DNA of 63,232 nucleotides, filler included, from Collodictyon triciliatum (Eukaryota), in NCBI GenBank assembly GCA_043381765.1. It is 6 parts of 6 records of this genome, joined end to end, with 100 filler letters (N's around TTAATTAATTAA, not from the genome) between each part and the next. Parts side by side here need not be neighbours in the genome. Positions count along the whole stretch, not along the records: positions 26,676 to 43,766 come from JBHJMP010000062.1; 5 more parts are not named here. One strand, written 5' to 3'. The notes under the pieces are model-generated. The model made no database searches, was not told the DNA's origin, and saw nothing but the letters and a program-made list of their open reading frames with translations. A program made the translations under genes and the position numbers. Each line of letters starts with the position of its first letter. The stretch's first letter is position 1. This document shows positions 26,632 to 42,324 of this stretch, piece after piece.

Positions 26632-27266
26632 NNNNNNNNNNNNNNNNNNNNNNNNNNNNNNNNNNNNNNNNNNNNGTTTTTGGTTTTTGGTTTTTTGGTT
26701 TTTGGTTTTTGGTTTTTGGTTTTTGGTTTTTGGTTTTTGGTTTTTGGTTTTTGGTTTTTGGTTTTTGGTTTTTTTTCACATATTTTCTGTGGCTTTGTCT
26801 TTTTTTTCTTCTTTCTATTACTATTTTCCTTGTGATCTTTTCGCCTCCAGCCGCACAAACTTCGGCCAGCAATAAATGTTGCAGAAAATGCCCTGTGTTG
26901 TGAGGTCTTCAAATTAACCTGGTGACAAAAATAGGTTGCAATCAGCCTTATTTGCTGGTTGATAAAATAATTGTTAGTTTGTTATATATAACTATTTTTA
27001 TTTGAATATTAATCATCGTGAAGTGAATGATGGAAGACAAAATCGTCATAGCACATAAATTCCACTTTTAGGATGATTACCCTCTTGCAGGCAACCGTAA
27101 ATTGTTTTTCGGCTAACTATCACACTATCCCAAAAGCTGCTGTGGGATGAAAGAAAAGAGGAAAAGAAAACAAGGGATTGGTAAGGTAAACCAGACAGAC
27201 AAACTCCAGAGTTTATTTTTTCAAAGCTGAAAGTTGATCTTACTGCACACAAGGCGAAACAGATTG

Positions 27267-28933
<1,667 letters not shown>

Positions 28934-29117
28934 CACATCAATAATTGGATTAAAAGAAAATATTTTAAACTCTCTTAAGCAGTTGGATGTTTGTTTATGG
29001 TTTGTTGTCTTCATGGGTTCTTCATGGTTCTTTTTAAGCGGGATTAAATCCAGCGATGCATCCTTTAGAAATTTCGTACTCCGAAGGTGCCTAAGATTAT
29101 AGGATTGGTTAGACTCT

Positions 29118-29178
29118 GTCATCTAGCCCGATTATCTTTTTCCCCTTTATTCAATTCAAAGTCAGATAGCCCCATTAT
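29118..29178 (-). mobile_element. Degenerate family A micro-retroposon
   Basis: Minus strand ACTTTGAATTGAATAAAGGGGAAAAAG, flanked by 18-bp repeats matching 15/18 (29118-29135, 29161-29178). Confidence 0.6.
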
Positions 29179-31922
29179 AAAATTTGATAGTGAGGCTTTC
29201 GTCGTGCAGTTAAGTTTATTACTAATGGTCTTTTATAAAAAGAAAAAAAGAAGAAAGATTAAATGAGAGTAATGGACAACCATCGGATCATCTTTTCTCA
29301 GAGACATACGCAGTAACTCTTTATCCGATTTGTAAGTAACCTGATTGAAAGAAGTAAGAATTCAGTTTTCCAGTTAACAGGAGTCATCAATGTATTTAGT
29401 AAACAACGTGTGCTTGAATTAAAATTTATCTCATTCGTTCAATTTAGTCAATATGTAAAAAAAAATAATTTTTTTTTATGTATTTATTCATTAAAATGCT
29501 GACTAACTATGTGCCCCCGAATTTTTCTTTTTAAAAAATTGTGTACTCTAGGAACTCTGTGGCGTCCAATTCCTATTGATTCCGGGTCGATGAAGTAAAG
29601 CTTAGCACCGCCAGAAGAGCTGGGAGCCGAGTGTGTCTTTAGGGTGTGAAAAAGAAAACATATTAATGTGCGCTCTAGAGCATTTGCTACATTTGCAGCA
29701 AGCATCCCAATCATTAGATTACATGTTTTATTGGCATTACAAAATAGATTAGGTTGAATTATACCTGCCAAACGACAATATTGTCGATGTGAGGGTCACC
29801 ATGGACGATTCTATGCTTATGAAGCTTCTTCAGTTTTTTGAATGCCTCTCTCTTTGTAGTATCTTCATAGCGTGGGTACTTCCTGATGAACTGTTTCAAA
29901 GTACACCCGACATATGGTGATACTGAAATCTGGTAGTCTCCTTCGCGGGTAATAAATGTTGGAAGAAAAATTCCAATCGAAATCGCCAATGCGAGAGCCT
30001 GTTTAGCTCTAATTGGGATAAAAATTTAATCTTGCACACTAGAATTACCCTGCTATAATGAGTAATGTTATAATCGGACGCTGTTATACCTTCTCATGAC
30101 AAACCGCCTTGGGTTCCTATAGCAGGAAAAAAAAGCAATTATTCCATGTTACAAATATGGTTCAAAAATTTCTGTTTAATTTCAAAGGATATTTTGACAA
30201 AATTTTAATATATTCCCATATAAAAGGATGCATAAACATACGCTTCAACTTTGAAAAATAAGTGTTCTTGGCTGATGATGGCATCTCCAGTCTATTTTTT
30301 TATTTTTTTATTTTTACAATCGTAATGATGTGCTATGATTTAAAAACAGCGAAATTCCCTCTTGCACAAACTGAAAGGAACATTAAAAAAAAATTGTATC
30401 TAATATTTATCTTCATAGCCCGTGCATGTACGTTACATATGGCGTTGCTATGTTGACTTTTCTATTTTGACCACTATGGCCTATATGAATTAATACAAAC
30501 ATATGTAGAGGGGCAATGTGGTCTCTTCTTGCAAATCACCAATTGAGCCGGAGTATCCTGTGATGGGACATCAGAGGGAATTTGGGAGGCTATATTGGGT
30601 GTAATCCACATACGTGGTACGCATCTGAGTAACCAGTGGTCAAATATATAGAATATATGAGTGCCATTATACCATTGGTTTGTTGCTCATGGTAACACGG
30701 TACCACTAATACTTTCAACGCATCGGGGCTATCGGTACGTTCCACAGATTTTATGCCGAATCTGTTCTGGCTTTTGTGGACGCCAAATACCTTAAGTAAA
30801 TGACAGCGCCGGGCAAGGGTGAATATCTTTTTTTTATATATACCCAAGTTTGTTATTGGGTCACTACCCAACTTGCATGACACATCAAAGAAAAAAAAAA
30901 AGGATTGGTAATCGGCATCAAGACAAATCTGTAATTTTCAGGTGCTTAAGCTCAACCAAAAAGTTTTGAAAGGTGTTTTTTCTTTCTTTTGGATTACAGA
31001 TGAATATAATTGCCCACCGAGTGATTGATCCGAGGCGTGGGATTCCCTACTTCCTGATGCTCTGGTAGTAGTCGATGACAGGAAAAGATGTGGGCCATTA
31101 GCATAAGACACAAGGAATTGGGACTTTAAAAGTATGCTCTAGGATGCTCAGCCTTAACTTTTGGTGTTTATGCTGTCAAAACTCCCTTCGAGGTTGTATT
31201 CTTTGTGGATGCGTATAACTGATGCGCACGTACCTGTATTCTCGTGTTCTTCCAAATGAGCCAGACTATTCATTTTTTCTTCAATTGTATGCCGGTTCGG
31301 AAATATCACCAAAACTCTAAATGACACGATTTATGAGAATGTTGAAGAATAAGAGCAAAAAGTGATGGCAATAGCGAACAGAATGAGAATAGGGATAACA
31401 AAAAACGAAAAACTCGGGAAAAAAAATAGACAAGGAAAGAACTATACACAACCCTCTCTGTTTGTGAAAAGACTATCGGTGAAAACAAAACCGCCCGCTC
31501 CGCGTTCACCATTTAAGTGGCCATTATGGAGACCAACCGCATACCTTGTCTTGATTCACGGCCTCGTGCTGCGCTGTCTTATACTCAGCAAACTATTGTG
31601 TTGGCAAGGGAAAAGTTCAGGCAAAGCTGTGCAAGTTTCCGACCGCCATACCCAGCAGGATTCGTGCAATAGGCAATTTGTATCATATTAAATTTATCGT
31701 AATGCGAAAAAAGACTAGGGTCGTGTTGATGTTGCCGCTCGCCAAAAGATCAATGCATCCGCCAGCAGTATTGCTGTGTGATCTGTGACGAACTATTGTT
31801 CTTCTCTCCTTCTCTCCTTCTCACCTTCCGTCCTTCTCTTTCCCCTCTCTCATCTGCCCCTGGTTCTGTTCTCTGGACTTTGCATATCATTGATTGGATC
31901 TTCTAGTAAGAATTCCCCACAG

Positions 31923-34022
31923 ATGCTGCTCAGTCGCCTCCTGCGTTGCAAGAAACCCTTTTCGCTCGCCGGAACGCACAATACGGCCCGCCTCCTTTCA
32001 GTCCACACCAGGCTTCTTGCACCCGAGACAAACACTGGCCGGTTTCAGTCGTTTGATGACGATTTTGAGGAGATCGACTATGAAAAGGAGGAGCAGGAGG
32101 TGTCATTTTGCTGCTCTCTTTTTCTGTACTTCTTTTTAAGATTTGTTTCCTTTTTCCTTTTTCCTTTTTCCTTTTTCCTTTTTGTTTTATTTTCTAAAAA
32201 AAAAAGAGCTCTTTTTTTTCTTCTCTGGATTCTCTAGATGACTCGACAAACTGTCGACAAATAACGCACCTATTTTTGTTCTAGACACATTCAAGATCAA
32301 GCATAAGTTGCGCTAAACAAAAGTGGTTATTTCTAATATGTAGGAGAAAACCATCAAGAGAACATTACTTGGGGCAACCTTAAAGCATGTATCGACTTAC
32401 GGATGGACTAACACGGCCATCGTTGGAGGGTTGAATGACCTCGGACTTTCACCGGCTGCTGTTGGTATATTCGAGGGGTTTGTTTGCAGAGTTTAGGAAC
32501 CTTTTTGTATTTCAAAATAAAAATAAAATAAATTACGTCTGATTTAATTTCTCACTGGAGTTTGTCTGCATTTACAATTATGTTTCCTTCAGTGGGCCCG
32601 TTGGGCTTGTTGCGGAATATGTTCGATATAACAATGAGTTACTTGAAAAGAAGGCACCTGGGATGAATCTAATGTATGGACTTTTAATTGTCGATTTGAA
32701 GGATTTTTAGACATGCCTATCGCGAGTCTACCATTTTGCTAAACATTCAATTGAAATACCATCGTAACCGCGTCCCCTTCAACCACATATCTATGAAATA
32801 ACATTATTTTTTCCTCGTTAATTCCGTACAAATTTCTCATCGGAATATCATAAAACTTTTTCATGTATTGTTTTTCCTCAGAATATTCATAAAGATACCA
32901 ATTAATACATAGAGGCTCTACTCGTGAAAAGTATTTCGAATTGATTAAAACTCGCTTGTTGATGCAAGATGAATTCAAAGACAACTGGGCCCAAGTAATC
33001 CCCTCCCTCTCACGAAAAGGAGAAATGATCACTAAGAAACTGTTTTGTATCGGCCATAATTTAGATGTCAAATTTCGTTTAGAGTATTTATGTTTTAGTC
33101 CATATTAATACAATGAATTTCTTTATATACTTTTCGGAATAAAAAGTAAAACAATCACTATGATTGTTTTACCAGCACGTGTAAACTTTGCTTATGATTA
33201 GGGGCTTGGTCACCTCTTGTCCCCATGTCAAGCCGACGTGGCCGCGACTCTTTTGCTCGAGACTGCTGATTCCATATGCTATTCTGCTGGCGATCGATCT
33301 AATGATGTATCATCTTGGATTATTTAAAGCCATTTGATGTACATTACGTTTGCGTTTTTTTTTTTACTCGCTGTCTATGTTGGTTCACTGAATGTAATTT
33401 AATATAAAATAAATCGATGTTCTTGAATAATCATAGATGAAACTCCCTCAAAACTACTGAATTAATACATTAGATAAATCTTATATTCATGTAGATGACC
33501 TGGTATACCAACCGCCTACACGTGTCTGGAACGTATGCGTCCACTGGTAGGATTTCACTATTCACATTTTATCCTGACTGATACTGCTAAACTTGAAGAT
33601 AATATGATTTTTCTAAACTTCAATCAATGTTTGCCTCCCAGAGCTGTATATGATGACAGATTCCTCTGAAGACCGAGCTGAAACATGGAAGTTTCTAGGC
33701 CGTCGACTAGATGACAGACTGGTAATTGCTGAAGGCATGAATCAGGTTTGATTGGTTTCCTTTTGGGTGCAGGCCATTTAATGATGTAAAATTTTAGTGT
33801 TTGCCTTTAAATAATCATCACAACATAATAATAACTCAACCTTCGTTGTGAACGTTTAATTGTTAGTGATTTACAGTTTGTCTTTTTTCGTAAAAAAAAA
33901 AAAAAAAAAAAAAACCTTCTAAATTTTTTACTCCGTATCAGATGCTTATGAATATAGACCCAGCAGCTCGTTTTGTAAGGTCCATCATGAACTCTGTCAA
34001 CCACGCCAGCAAAGTGCAATAA
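31923..34022 (+). CDS. COQ9: Ubiquinone biosynthesis protein COQ9, mitochondrial
   Basis: Arg/Leu-rich presequence, then HVSTYGWTNTAI, ADSICYSAGDRSND|MTWYTNR and ELYMMTDSSEDRAETWKFLGRRLDD. Confidence 0.92.
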
Positions 34023-34856
34023 AGGAAACATAACAACATCAACACCACTTGTTATTCGCTATGTAGTACATAATTCAAGCTTTGCAATCAATATATGTTG
34101 TGAAAGGTGGCTGGAGAATACAGTAAGCCCTGAAGAACTACGGGGGGAAACTAACTACTCGCTAGATTTTTAGTGTAAAGTGGGACCACTTAGACCCGAA
34201 AGTAGCTCATCAATCGAACCATCTATAGTTGGTTAGGAGCAGATGATTCCGTAGTTATAGTTTCAGATACCACGCAAAATACTCCGGAGTTGTTTGGTGG
34301 AGTGTGCGCGCTCCTTTGTCCCCCGGTGATAGGTTGGTGCATTCGGCGCAGTTTAGGAGAAGCCACCAGCAAGAGCCCCATAAGGTTTGCACAGTGAGTT
34401 TTCAGTGCTGCACAAGAGGTCGACTTTATCCTGCCAAAAGAAGAAGAAGAAAAAAGGGGGTTGTGTGTCTTTGAAGTGGCGCACATATCCTGAAGCGAAA
34501 GGCAGGCTGCGCACTTCACAACTGTGACAATGGCAGCTGCGCCCAAATACAAATACTCGGAACGCGAAGTTGGGTTTATCCAACGCGACGCACGACGATT
34601 GGCTTCTCGCTCGAAAAAACTCAACTGTTGGGAATATATCGAGGCTGACTTCGAAAAAAGCCATTGGTGCAGGGTTGTAGTAACCACCCTCCTTTCGGCG
34701 CACACTGCAAGAGCAAGAAACATCTATCCTTTAATTGAGGGCGAAGATTTTTTATTGCCCTCTGTTTTTCTTCTTCTCCAGCTCCCTTCTCTTTTCTTTC
34801 TCTCGCCTAACGTCTGGCCCAACTGATAGGCTCTGACAGGATCAATTTGTCTGGTC

Positions 34857-37800
34857 ATGCTGGAGGCTGTACAAAAGACTCTCAGCCAATCCGAAGTCTG
34901 CCGTTTTGTAAGTTTTTTTCTTTTTTTACATATCTCTCAATTTCGCAAGGTCTGTCTTCAAATGACGATAACCGCTCTCGCTTTTTGCAGTCATTTCTTT
35001 CTTTATTCGATTCAAAGTCGCTTTTTGCAGTCATTATTATTATTATTGTTATTATTATTGTTATTATTATTGTTATTATTATTGTTATTATTATTGTTAT
35101 TATTATTGTTATTATTATTGTTATTATTATTGTTATTATNNNNNNNNNNNNNNNNNNNNNNNNNNNNNNNNNNNNNNNNNNNNNNNNNNNNNNNNNNNNN
35201 NNNNNNNNNNNNNNNNNNNNNNNNNNNNNNNNNNNNNNNTATTGTTGTTATTGTTGTTATTGTTGTTGTTAGTATTATTACCTTTTTATAGCTTTTTTTA
35301 TGATTTCAGACGATTTTTCTATCGGGTATTAAAATGCAACAGTTAAATTAAACGGGCGTGTTAAATATGTTCCGTTCTTCTTCTTTTCTAAGATCGAACA
35401 AAAAACATTGAAAAATCTTCTTTGTTCAATTAATCGCATACATACTGATGTTTTTTTTTTCATTGCAGGTTCTTAGCCTGAATCAGTGGAAATCTGAAAC
35501 GCATGTGTCTCTGTCTTCACGTTATTACTATTTGTGTCTAGTCAGTGATCTTAACAAAAGGGAGTATGGGTACGAGTCATCTTTTTAAGGGCATTCGTTT
35601 ATGTGTTAGTGCCCTAGGATAGCAGGAGTAAATATTGATCGATAGTTCACTTCCCATACTTCATCAGTGGTGATTCGGTAAGTAATTTGACATAATCTTA
35701 GGGTCTGTTTGTATACAAATTTGAATCATGGACATGAAAACCCTGGGCTTATGTCCATATGGCCCATATATAAAGACTCGAAGGTCAGTCAAATTCAAAT
35801 ATTTATAGTATCATAAAGAGGCAACAATTATTACACCAGTGCACATGATAATAAAAGGCGCAATTAAGTCCCTCCTTAATATCGCATGTGATTAATAATA
35901 TATGCTACTTCAGTTGGAAATTATATCTCCATCGGAGTTCAAAATAATTTTTGTGCCGTACGGAAGCTTCATTCATATATATACCGAATGCGAAGAAGCG
36001 TTGGAGGATTTTGTGGAGGATTGCAGATTCGCGCTCTTTGTTGCAAGTATNNNNNNNNNNNNNNNNNNNNNNNNNNNNNNNNNNNNNNNNNNNNNNNNNN
36101 NNNNNNNNNNNNNNNNNNNNNNNNNNNNNNNNNNNNNNNNNNNNNNNNNNNNNNNNNNNNNNNNNNNNNNNNNNNNNNNNNNNNNNNNNNNNNNNNNNNN
36201 NNNNNNNNNNNNNNNNNNNNNNNNNNNNNNNNNNNNNNNNNNNNNNNNNNNNNNNNNNNNNNNNNNNNNNNNNNNNNNNNNNNNNNNNNNNNNNNNNNNN
36301 NNNNNNNNNNNNNNNNNNNNNNNNNNNNNNNNNNNNNNNNNNNNNNNNNNNNNNNNNNNNNNNNNNNNNNNNNNNNNNNNNNNNNNNNNNNNNNNNNNNN
36401 NNNNNNNNNNNNNNNNNNNNNNNNNNNNNNNNNNNNNNNNNNNNNNNNNNNNNNNNNNNNNNNNNNNNNNNNNNNNNNNNNNNNNNNNNNNNNNNNNNNN
36501 NNNNNNNNNNNNNNNNNNNNNNNNNNNNNNNNNNNNNNNNNNNNNNNNNNNNNNNNNNNNNNNNNNNNNNNNNNNNNNNNNNNNNNNNNNNNNNNNNNNN
36601 NNNNNNNNNNNNNNNNNNNNNNNNNNNNNNNNNNNNNNNNNNNNNNNNNNNNNNNNNNNNNNNNNNNNNNNNNNNNNNNNNNNNNNNNNNNNNNNNNNNN
36701 NNNNNNNNNNNTTCCAAAAACTCCACACAAATCACCGACACAGCGGTTATTTCCTCCTCCTTCGCCGACTGGCGTTTGGGAGTCATTACCAAACTATTAT
36801 CCTCAAAACACAAAGCCGTTTATGAGTCTGTATACCACATATCATATGAAACATAAATAGAAATTAAAATAATGGATGGAAATTTTTGTGTTTCGGGGCT
36901 CAATTACCCTTATTGGCCGCTATTTCCTTCTTTAAACATATTATGCATAGGAACAGCAAGTGAGAGAGAAAATGGCCCCAATCTAATTCGATTTGATGCA
37001 CCATTATTTGATGACATTGAACATACCGGAGAGCATATGGACGAAGAGGCTCGTTCGTACACTAAGCTTCGATTAGAAGAGAGAAAGACTGAATATACGC
37101 ATTACCGAAAGCATAGGTTCTATGAACTCAATTATTTTGCTCACCTCCTTGGTTATTATATTCTGATTGTTCATTACATTCATCCTAATCTCCCGAGACA
37201 TGCCTTCAGGTTTGTTTGTATAACCTGGAATGTAAACTGTTTGGAACCAAAGCATGATTCTCTATATTCACATCTCCGAGATACACGATCCCATGATGCC
37301 GATATATATGCTATTGGGTTATTTTTCCTTCTTTTCTTTTTCTTTCGTGACTAGCTGAATATAGCTATGTTCGTTTGAATGTGGCAAAGTAATGACCAAA
37401 AATAGATGTGAAATATTTTTTGAATTCAAAGGTTTCAAGAAATAGACATGTCTGCTGATGCTATAGTTTGGAACGATGTATCGAAGGGAAAACCCTGGGA
37501 AGAATATGTAATAAATCAACTCAATAGCGGCTCAAGGCAATTTGAATTGGTAAAATGAAACATATCATAGCATCATGGAATATACAAAACCAAGCACTGG
37601 AATATTATCTTTAGAAACGCATTATAATGTGTTATGTAATGGCGTACACATGATTTAATAAGGAATGAAAATCGCCTGTCATGGGAATTATAACATAGTT
37701 TTACTTATAATGCAGGTGGTTAGCAGACAAATTGGAGGTATACTGCTTGTTGTATGTGCAAAGAGGGAGTTATGTCCTTACATTCGTAATCGAGGAAATG

Positions 37801-39428
37801 CTGCTGTTGGCTCTGGACTTCTAGGAACGCTGGTCAACTAATAATAGATGATTTATAATAATTGTGCCGACTTGTAAAATAAAAGTAAACAAAATACTAA
37901 ACCAATGTGGAATATCTGTAAACAGGGAAATAAAGGCGGTGTTTCTGCGAGTCTAAAATTTTTCAGTAGTATGATATGCTTTGTCAATAGTCACTTGGCA
38001 GCTTCACAAGGTCCATTTTCCAACCATGCATAATGCAATATCTTGAAAATTAATAAATGCGTAATAAATTACTCACCACGCATCATTCAGATGGTCAAGA
38101 AGGACGAAATGAGGATTTTAGAGAAATTTTGGCTCGCACTGCATTCGAAGAGGCAGGAGAATACTACGGGATATTAAACCACGAGTAAGCATTGCTTTTT
38201 TAAAAATAATAATAAGGAGATGGTTTATACAATAATGTAACATTGCTTTACTTTCAATTGCAAGTATTGTTATCTGGATGGGCGATTTAAACTACCGAAT
38301 CAACTTGCCTGGGGATTTTGTTCGAGATACAATTGTGCAAAAAGATTGGACCTCTCTCGAAAAGAATGACCAGGTTTGAATACGCCTATCCTTAGAATGC
38401 TGGTTTTAAACAATCTTCATTCGCATAATCTTTTGAAACATCATCACCAACTGTTATAACGGAAGGAAAACACCCCACATAATTCATGGTATAGCTTTTA
38501 GATCAGATAAAGGCAAAGAAGGCTTTCGTTGGCTTTCGAGAAGGGCCTTTACTTTTCCAACCGACTTATAGATTTGACCCAGGAACAAATATCTATGATT
38601 CAAGGTTTGCTCTCGTTCTGGTTTCATACGGCTTTTCTACCGGTATTTTTCTATATCCTCATTCAAAATATGCCTCGAAAAAACAAACATCATTTAAACC
38701 AATGTCCAGCGAGAAGAAACGAATTCCTGCATATTGCGACCGCATATTGTGGTACAAAAAGTATTTTACTCATATCATCACTTGCTTATCGCTCTTCTTT
38801 GTCATCTTTACACCAATTGTCATAATGACTAAAACGAGGATCGATTAGGCTTAAAGTACTTACTTTTTATAATTGTGGCTCTTACGGCAATTCAATTTGT
38901 ATGTAGGTCTCCTTTGACTCTTAAAGTATACACCGCTTTAAAGATATTTTTGTCTGACCACATCCCAGTCGTAGCAAGCTTTGATGCAGAGGTAGTACTT
39001 TTCTACAGATGGAGCAAAAATAATGATCCCATGGAAATAATATTGACATATACAACTATATTCATTTTTAATTTTTCAATCTATTACCTGTTATTTGTTA
39101 TTCTTTATTTTTGTTTTTGTTTTTGTTTTTGTTTTTGTTTTTGTTTTTGTTTTTGTTTTTGTTTTTGTTTTTGTTTTTGTTTTTGTTTTTGTTTTTGTTT
39201 TTNNNNNNNNNNNNNNNNNNNNNNNNNNNNNNNNNNNNNNNNNNNNNNNNNNNNNNNNNNNNNNNNNNNNNNNNNNNNNNNNNNNNNNNNNNNNNNNNNN
39301 NNTATTTTTGTTTTATTTTTGTTTTTATTTTTGTTTTTATTTTTGTTTTTATTTTTGTTTTTATTTTTGTTTTTATTTTTGTTTTTATTTTTGTTTTTAT
39401 TTTGTTTTTATTTTTATTTTTATTTTTA

Positions 39429-39459
<31 letters not shown>

Positions 39460-41862
39460 TTTATTTTATTTTATTTTTATTTTTATTTTATTTTTATTTT
39501 TATTTTTATTTTTATTTTTATTTTTATTTTTTCCTGCAAAACAGATTCAGAAAGTGGACCATGAAAAGAAAAAAGAGGTCATAGAATCAATAATTCGGGA
39601 ACTGGACAAAATTGAAAATGATATGATTCCTGATGCAGTTGTTAGGTATTTGATTATTTTTTTCTATCAAAGTCGATGAATAACCACTTTACTTTGAAAT
39701 GTTTGATGCTTTTATTTGGAGAATATCAATCAAAAATTATCAAATTGTTTCACAATGGTATTTTGAGTCTTACATTTACGAAAACATGTTCACAAATTGA
39801 TGTTTAGCTGCAACACTTTGGACTTCGGCCTTGTGAAATTCTCACTCCCTGTCATAAAATCATTTGTTATAGAAAATATTGGAACAGTTAGTTTTCTTCA
39901 TTTACTATTATTCTTGTAACATTAAAATGCTTTTAGTGCTTTCTACAAAAGTTGCTTTTTTATTTGTATATGCACATATTAAGGTAGTAGCGCGATTCCA
40001 GCTTACACCAAAGAATGAAGATAAATCTCCGACAAAGCCATGGATTTCAGTGGAGCCGTCAATGGGTTTTTCCAATTTATTTGACCCTGATAAATTTAGA
40101 TATATATAACTCAAGAAACTGCAATTGTGTTTCCCGTAAGTGATAAAAATAAAGAATAAAGTTTTTTTTTTAAAAAAAAAGGAACGTTGCAACCAGGACA
40201 GAAAGCAGAAATAAGTGTGACACTTTTTGTGAATTCAAAAAGTGCTTCTTATCTAACTCAGCAAAAAACGAGCAAACTTGACGACATCCTGGTCTTTTCC
40301 ATACTTAAAGGAAGACACAATTTTGTATCCAAATAATTCGGTACTATCTTTGAAACAAAAGATATGCTAACAAGAAAGTGGGGAAAACATATGCATAATA
40401 AAAAAAAAATCCTTTATTCGATTCAAAGTGAACACATTCACAAGAATACCATGCACCATCAACTCCTCCGCCTTGATTTTGTGTCATTATATAAGCAACC
40501 ATTGCTTTAATTTTCATTGACTGATCTATCAAGATTAATGTCACCGGCACATACTTGGTCTCTTGCTTCGGCCAATCCTTGGAGGTTTCTTAACCACCAT
40601 ATGCTACATCTTCACCGACATCAATCTAGAAAGCAACCATTTTCAAAGCAACTCATTTGATACATACTCTTTATGAAAATAAATCAATTTATAGGACTTG
40701 ATTTGTGTGAGCGGGCCCATCCGAACATGGAGTTACGAAACACAACTAACAGCAGGTATTAGCCCTTCCCTGGCTATTCCAAAGGAACTGTGGTCTTTTT
40801 TGGACTGCCTCGCAAAGTACCATCTGAAGCTTGTAGGCTCTCATATTATTTGTGACGTTGAATAATACAGAAATGCAATGGAATTTTTATATCTCTTAAA
40901 ATCTTTCTCAATCTTGACTAACTCCGCCTAAACAGGATGGACTTTTTTCCCATGATGGTTCTACACAGGAAATAGTTGAAATTCGGGAACTGGTTGACAC
41001 AGGCGTCCCAATACCTTCTCGTGAGTATCATCTTACCCTCTCAGACATCATTCATTTCTATCATAGCTATCATCTTTTAAATACGATGCCTCACTAACGG
41101 CAATGACACAGGGTCGAGAAAATATGTGAATGGTTTTATTATTTTTTTTTTATTCTTCCTTTCAATTTTGTGCATAAAATATGTGAATGGTTACTTTACT
41201 TAATATATCTATGTTTGTCAAACATACCGCAGATTATAGCGGACATTCTGTTGCCACTGCACTGATTCATTGGCTAGAATCTCTATCTAAATCAGTCGTC
41301 CCTCCTAGCTTCTATCAACGCGCCATAGATTTCAGTGATGATTTTGTGAAGCTTAAAGTGGTGAATATGCAATTTTGTACAAATATGAATCAACATATCA
41401 AGATTGTTGTCAAAACTCCGACATATGAAATCCACATGATGCGATTTTTCACACCTAGCGCATTTGTTAATATATATGCCGCCGTTTGAACCCCCTACTA
41501 ACTGACAGTGTGACATATACAGGCGCTGATTGGTATGCCTCCTGTGCATCACAGGGTTTTCCTTTACTTGATATCGTTCTTACGAAAAGTCCTTCACTTT
41601 TCAAGGTTCAACCACACAGCAAAAGAGAATTTAGGTGAGACAGTAAAAATTCATTACAAAGTCAAAATCCTATGTGCTGATAGATTTCTCTGTGACTCAT
41701 ACTTGTCCAATTGCACCATGTTAACTTGTTTCGTTGATAATTGAAGCTTTGGTTTTTGGCCCGGCTATGATTCGCACCCCGCTCGTTCCAAAGCAACCAA
41801 AGGCTATGGACATGTTAACAAACAAAAAGATGATGGTTATATTACATTTCCTCAGGATTTAG
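34857..41862 (+). CDS. OCRL: OCRL/INPP5B-type inositol polyphosphate 5-phosphatase (PH-like, 5-phosphatase, ASH, RhoGAP-like)
   Basis: ITWNVN, IGFQE, GNKGGV, CFVNSHLAA, WMGDLNYR, PAYCDRILW and SDHIPV. ASH region LDDILVF..SCFGQSLE, then IPKELW and a RhoGAP-like C-terminus. About 25 exons. Confidence 0.95.
34978..35035 (-). mobile_element. Family A micro-retroposon in OCRL intron 1, 18-bp TSD
   Basis: TCGCTTTTTGCAGTCATT at 34978-34995 and 35018-35035. Insert on minus strand reads CTTTGAATCGAATAAAGAAAGA. Confidence 0.85.
40325..40533 (+). other. Candidate U12-type GT-AG intron in OCRL
   Basis: 5' GTATCCAA, branch-like TTTTCATTGAC about 13 nt before the AAG acceptor. Junction GRHNF|INVTG is in frame. 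Confidence 0.45.
40410..40429 (-). mobile_element. Family A core without clear tail or TSD
   Basis: Minus strand ACTTTGAATCGAATAAAGGA, an exact core match. Confidence 0.6.
41119..41192 (-). mobile_element. Family B retroposon 3' end in OCRL intron, 17-bp TSD
   Basis: AAAATATGTGAATGGTT at 41119-41135 and 41176-41192. Insert on minus strand is ATGCACAAAATTGAAAGGAAGAATA(n). Confidence 0.88.
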
Positions 41863-41923
41863 AGCATAATTTTATCGATCAGGAATGGATGGCACATTTG
41901 AATCATCCGCGATGATGTTATAG

Positions 41924-41991
41924 AAAGAGAATACAATAAAGTTGAAAGGAAGAATAAAAAAATAAAAAATAAAAAAAGAGAATACAATAAA
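41924..41991 (+). mobile_element. Family B retroposon 3' end downstream of OCRL stop, 17-bp TSD
   Basis: AAAGAGAATACAATAAA at 41924-41940 and 41975-41991, flanking GTTGAAAGGAAGAATAAA plus an A-rich tail. Confidence 0.85.
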
Positions 41992-42324
41992 CAGACAGCC
42001 GTGCGCTATGTTTCAGTACTTTTGCTACCAACTTAGGTTTTGATAAATTGCTTTGCGTATATAATATGTAAAAGAGCAAGGCGACCTTTCAACAAATTGG
42101 AATGACCTTGACATCAATCGATAGTGCGTTGAAATATATTATTGTTTTTTGTATTTTGTTGGCGCTATTTCCCGTTTGTTTTTTGTATTTTGTTTTTTGT
42201 ATTTTGTTGGCGTTATTTCCCGTTTGATTGCTTTATGTGATTGGTATTTGCGCTTGAATGAACAATTTCATGTAAGCGTGGAAGAGCAGTCTTGAGGATG
42301 GGAAGAAAGGAATATGCGTTTGAC

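Noticed and set aside
30184-30192. ATATCCTTT on the minus strand in the kinase gene
   Set aside because: It lies inside a GT-AG intron with no exon immediately upstream.
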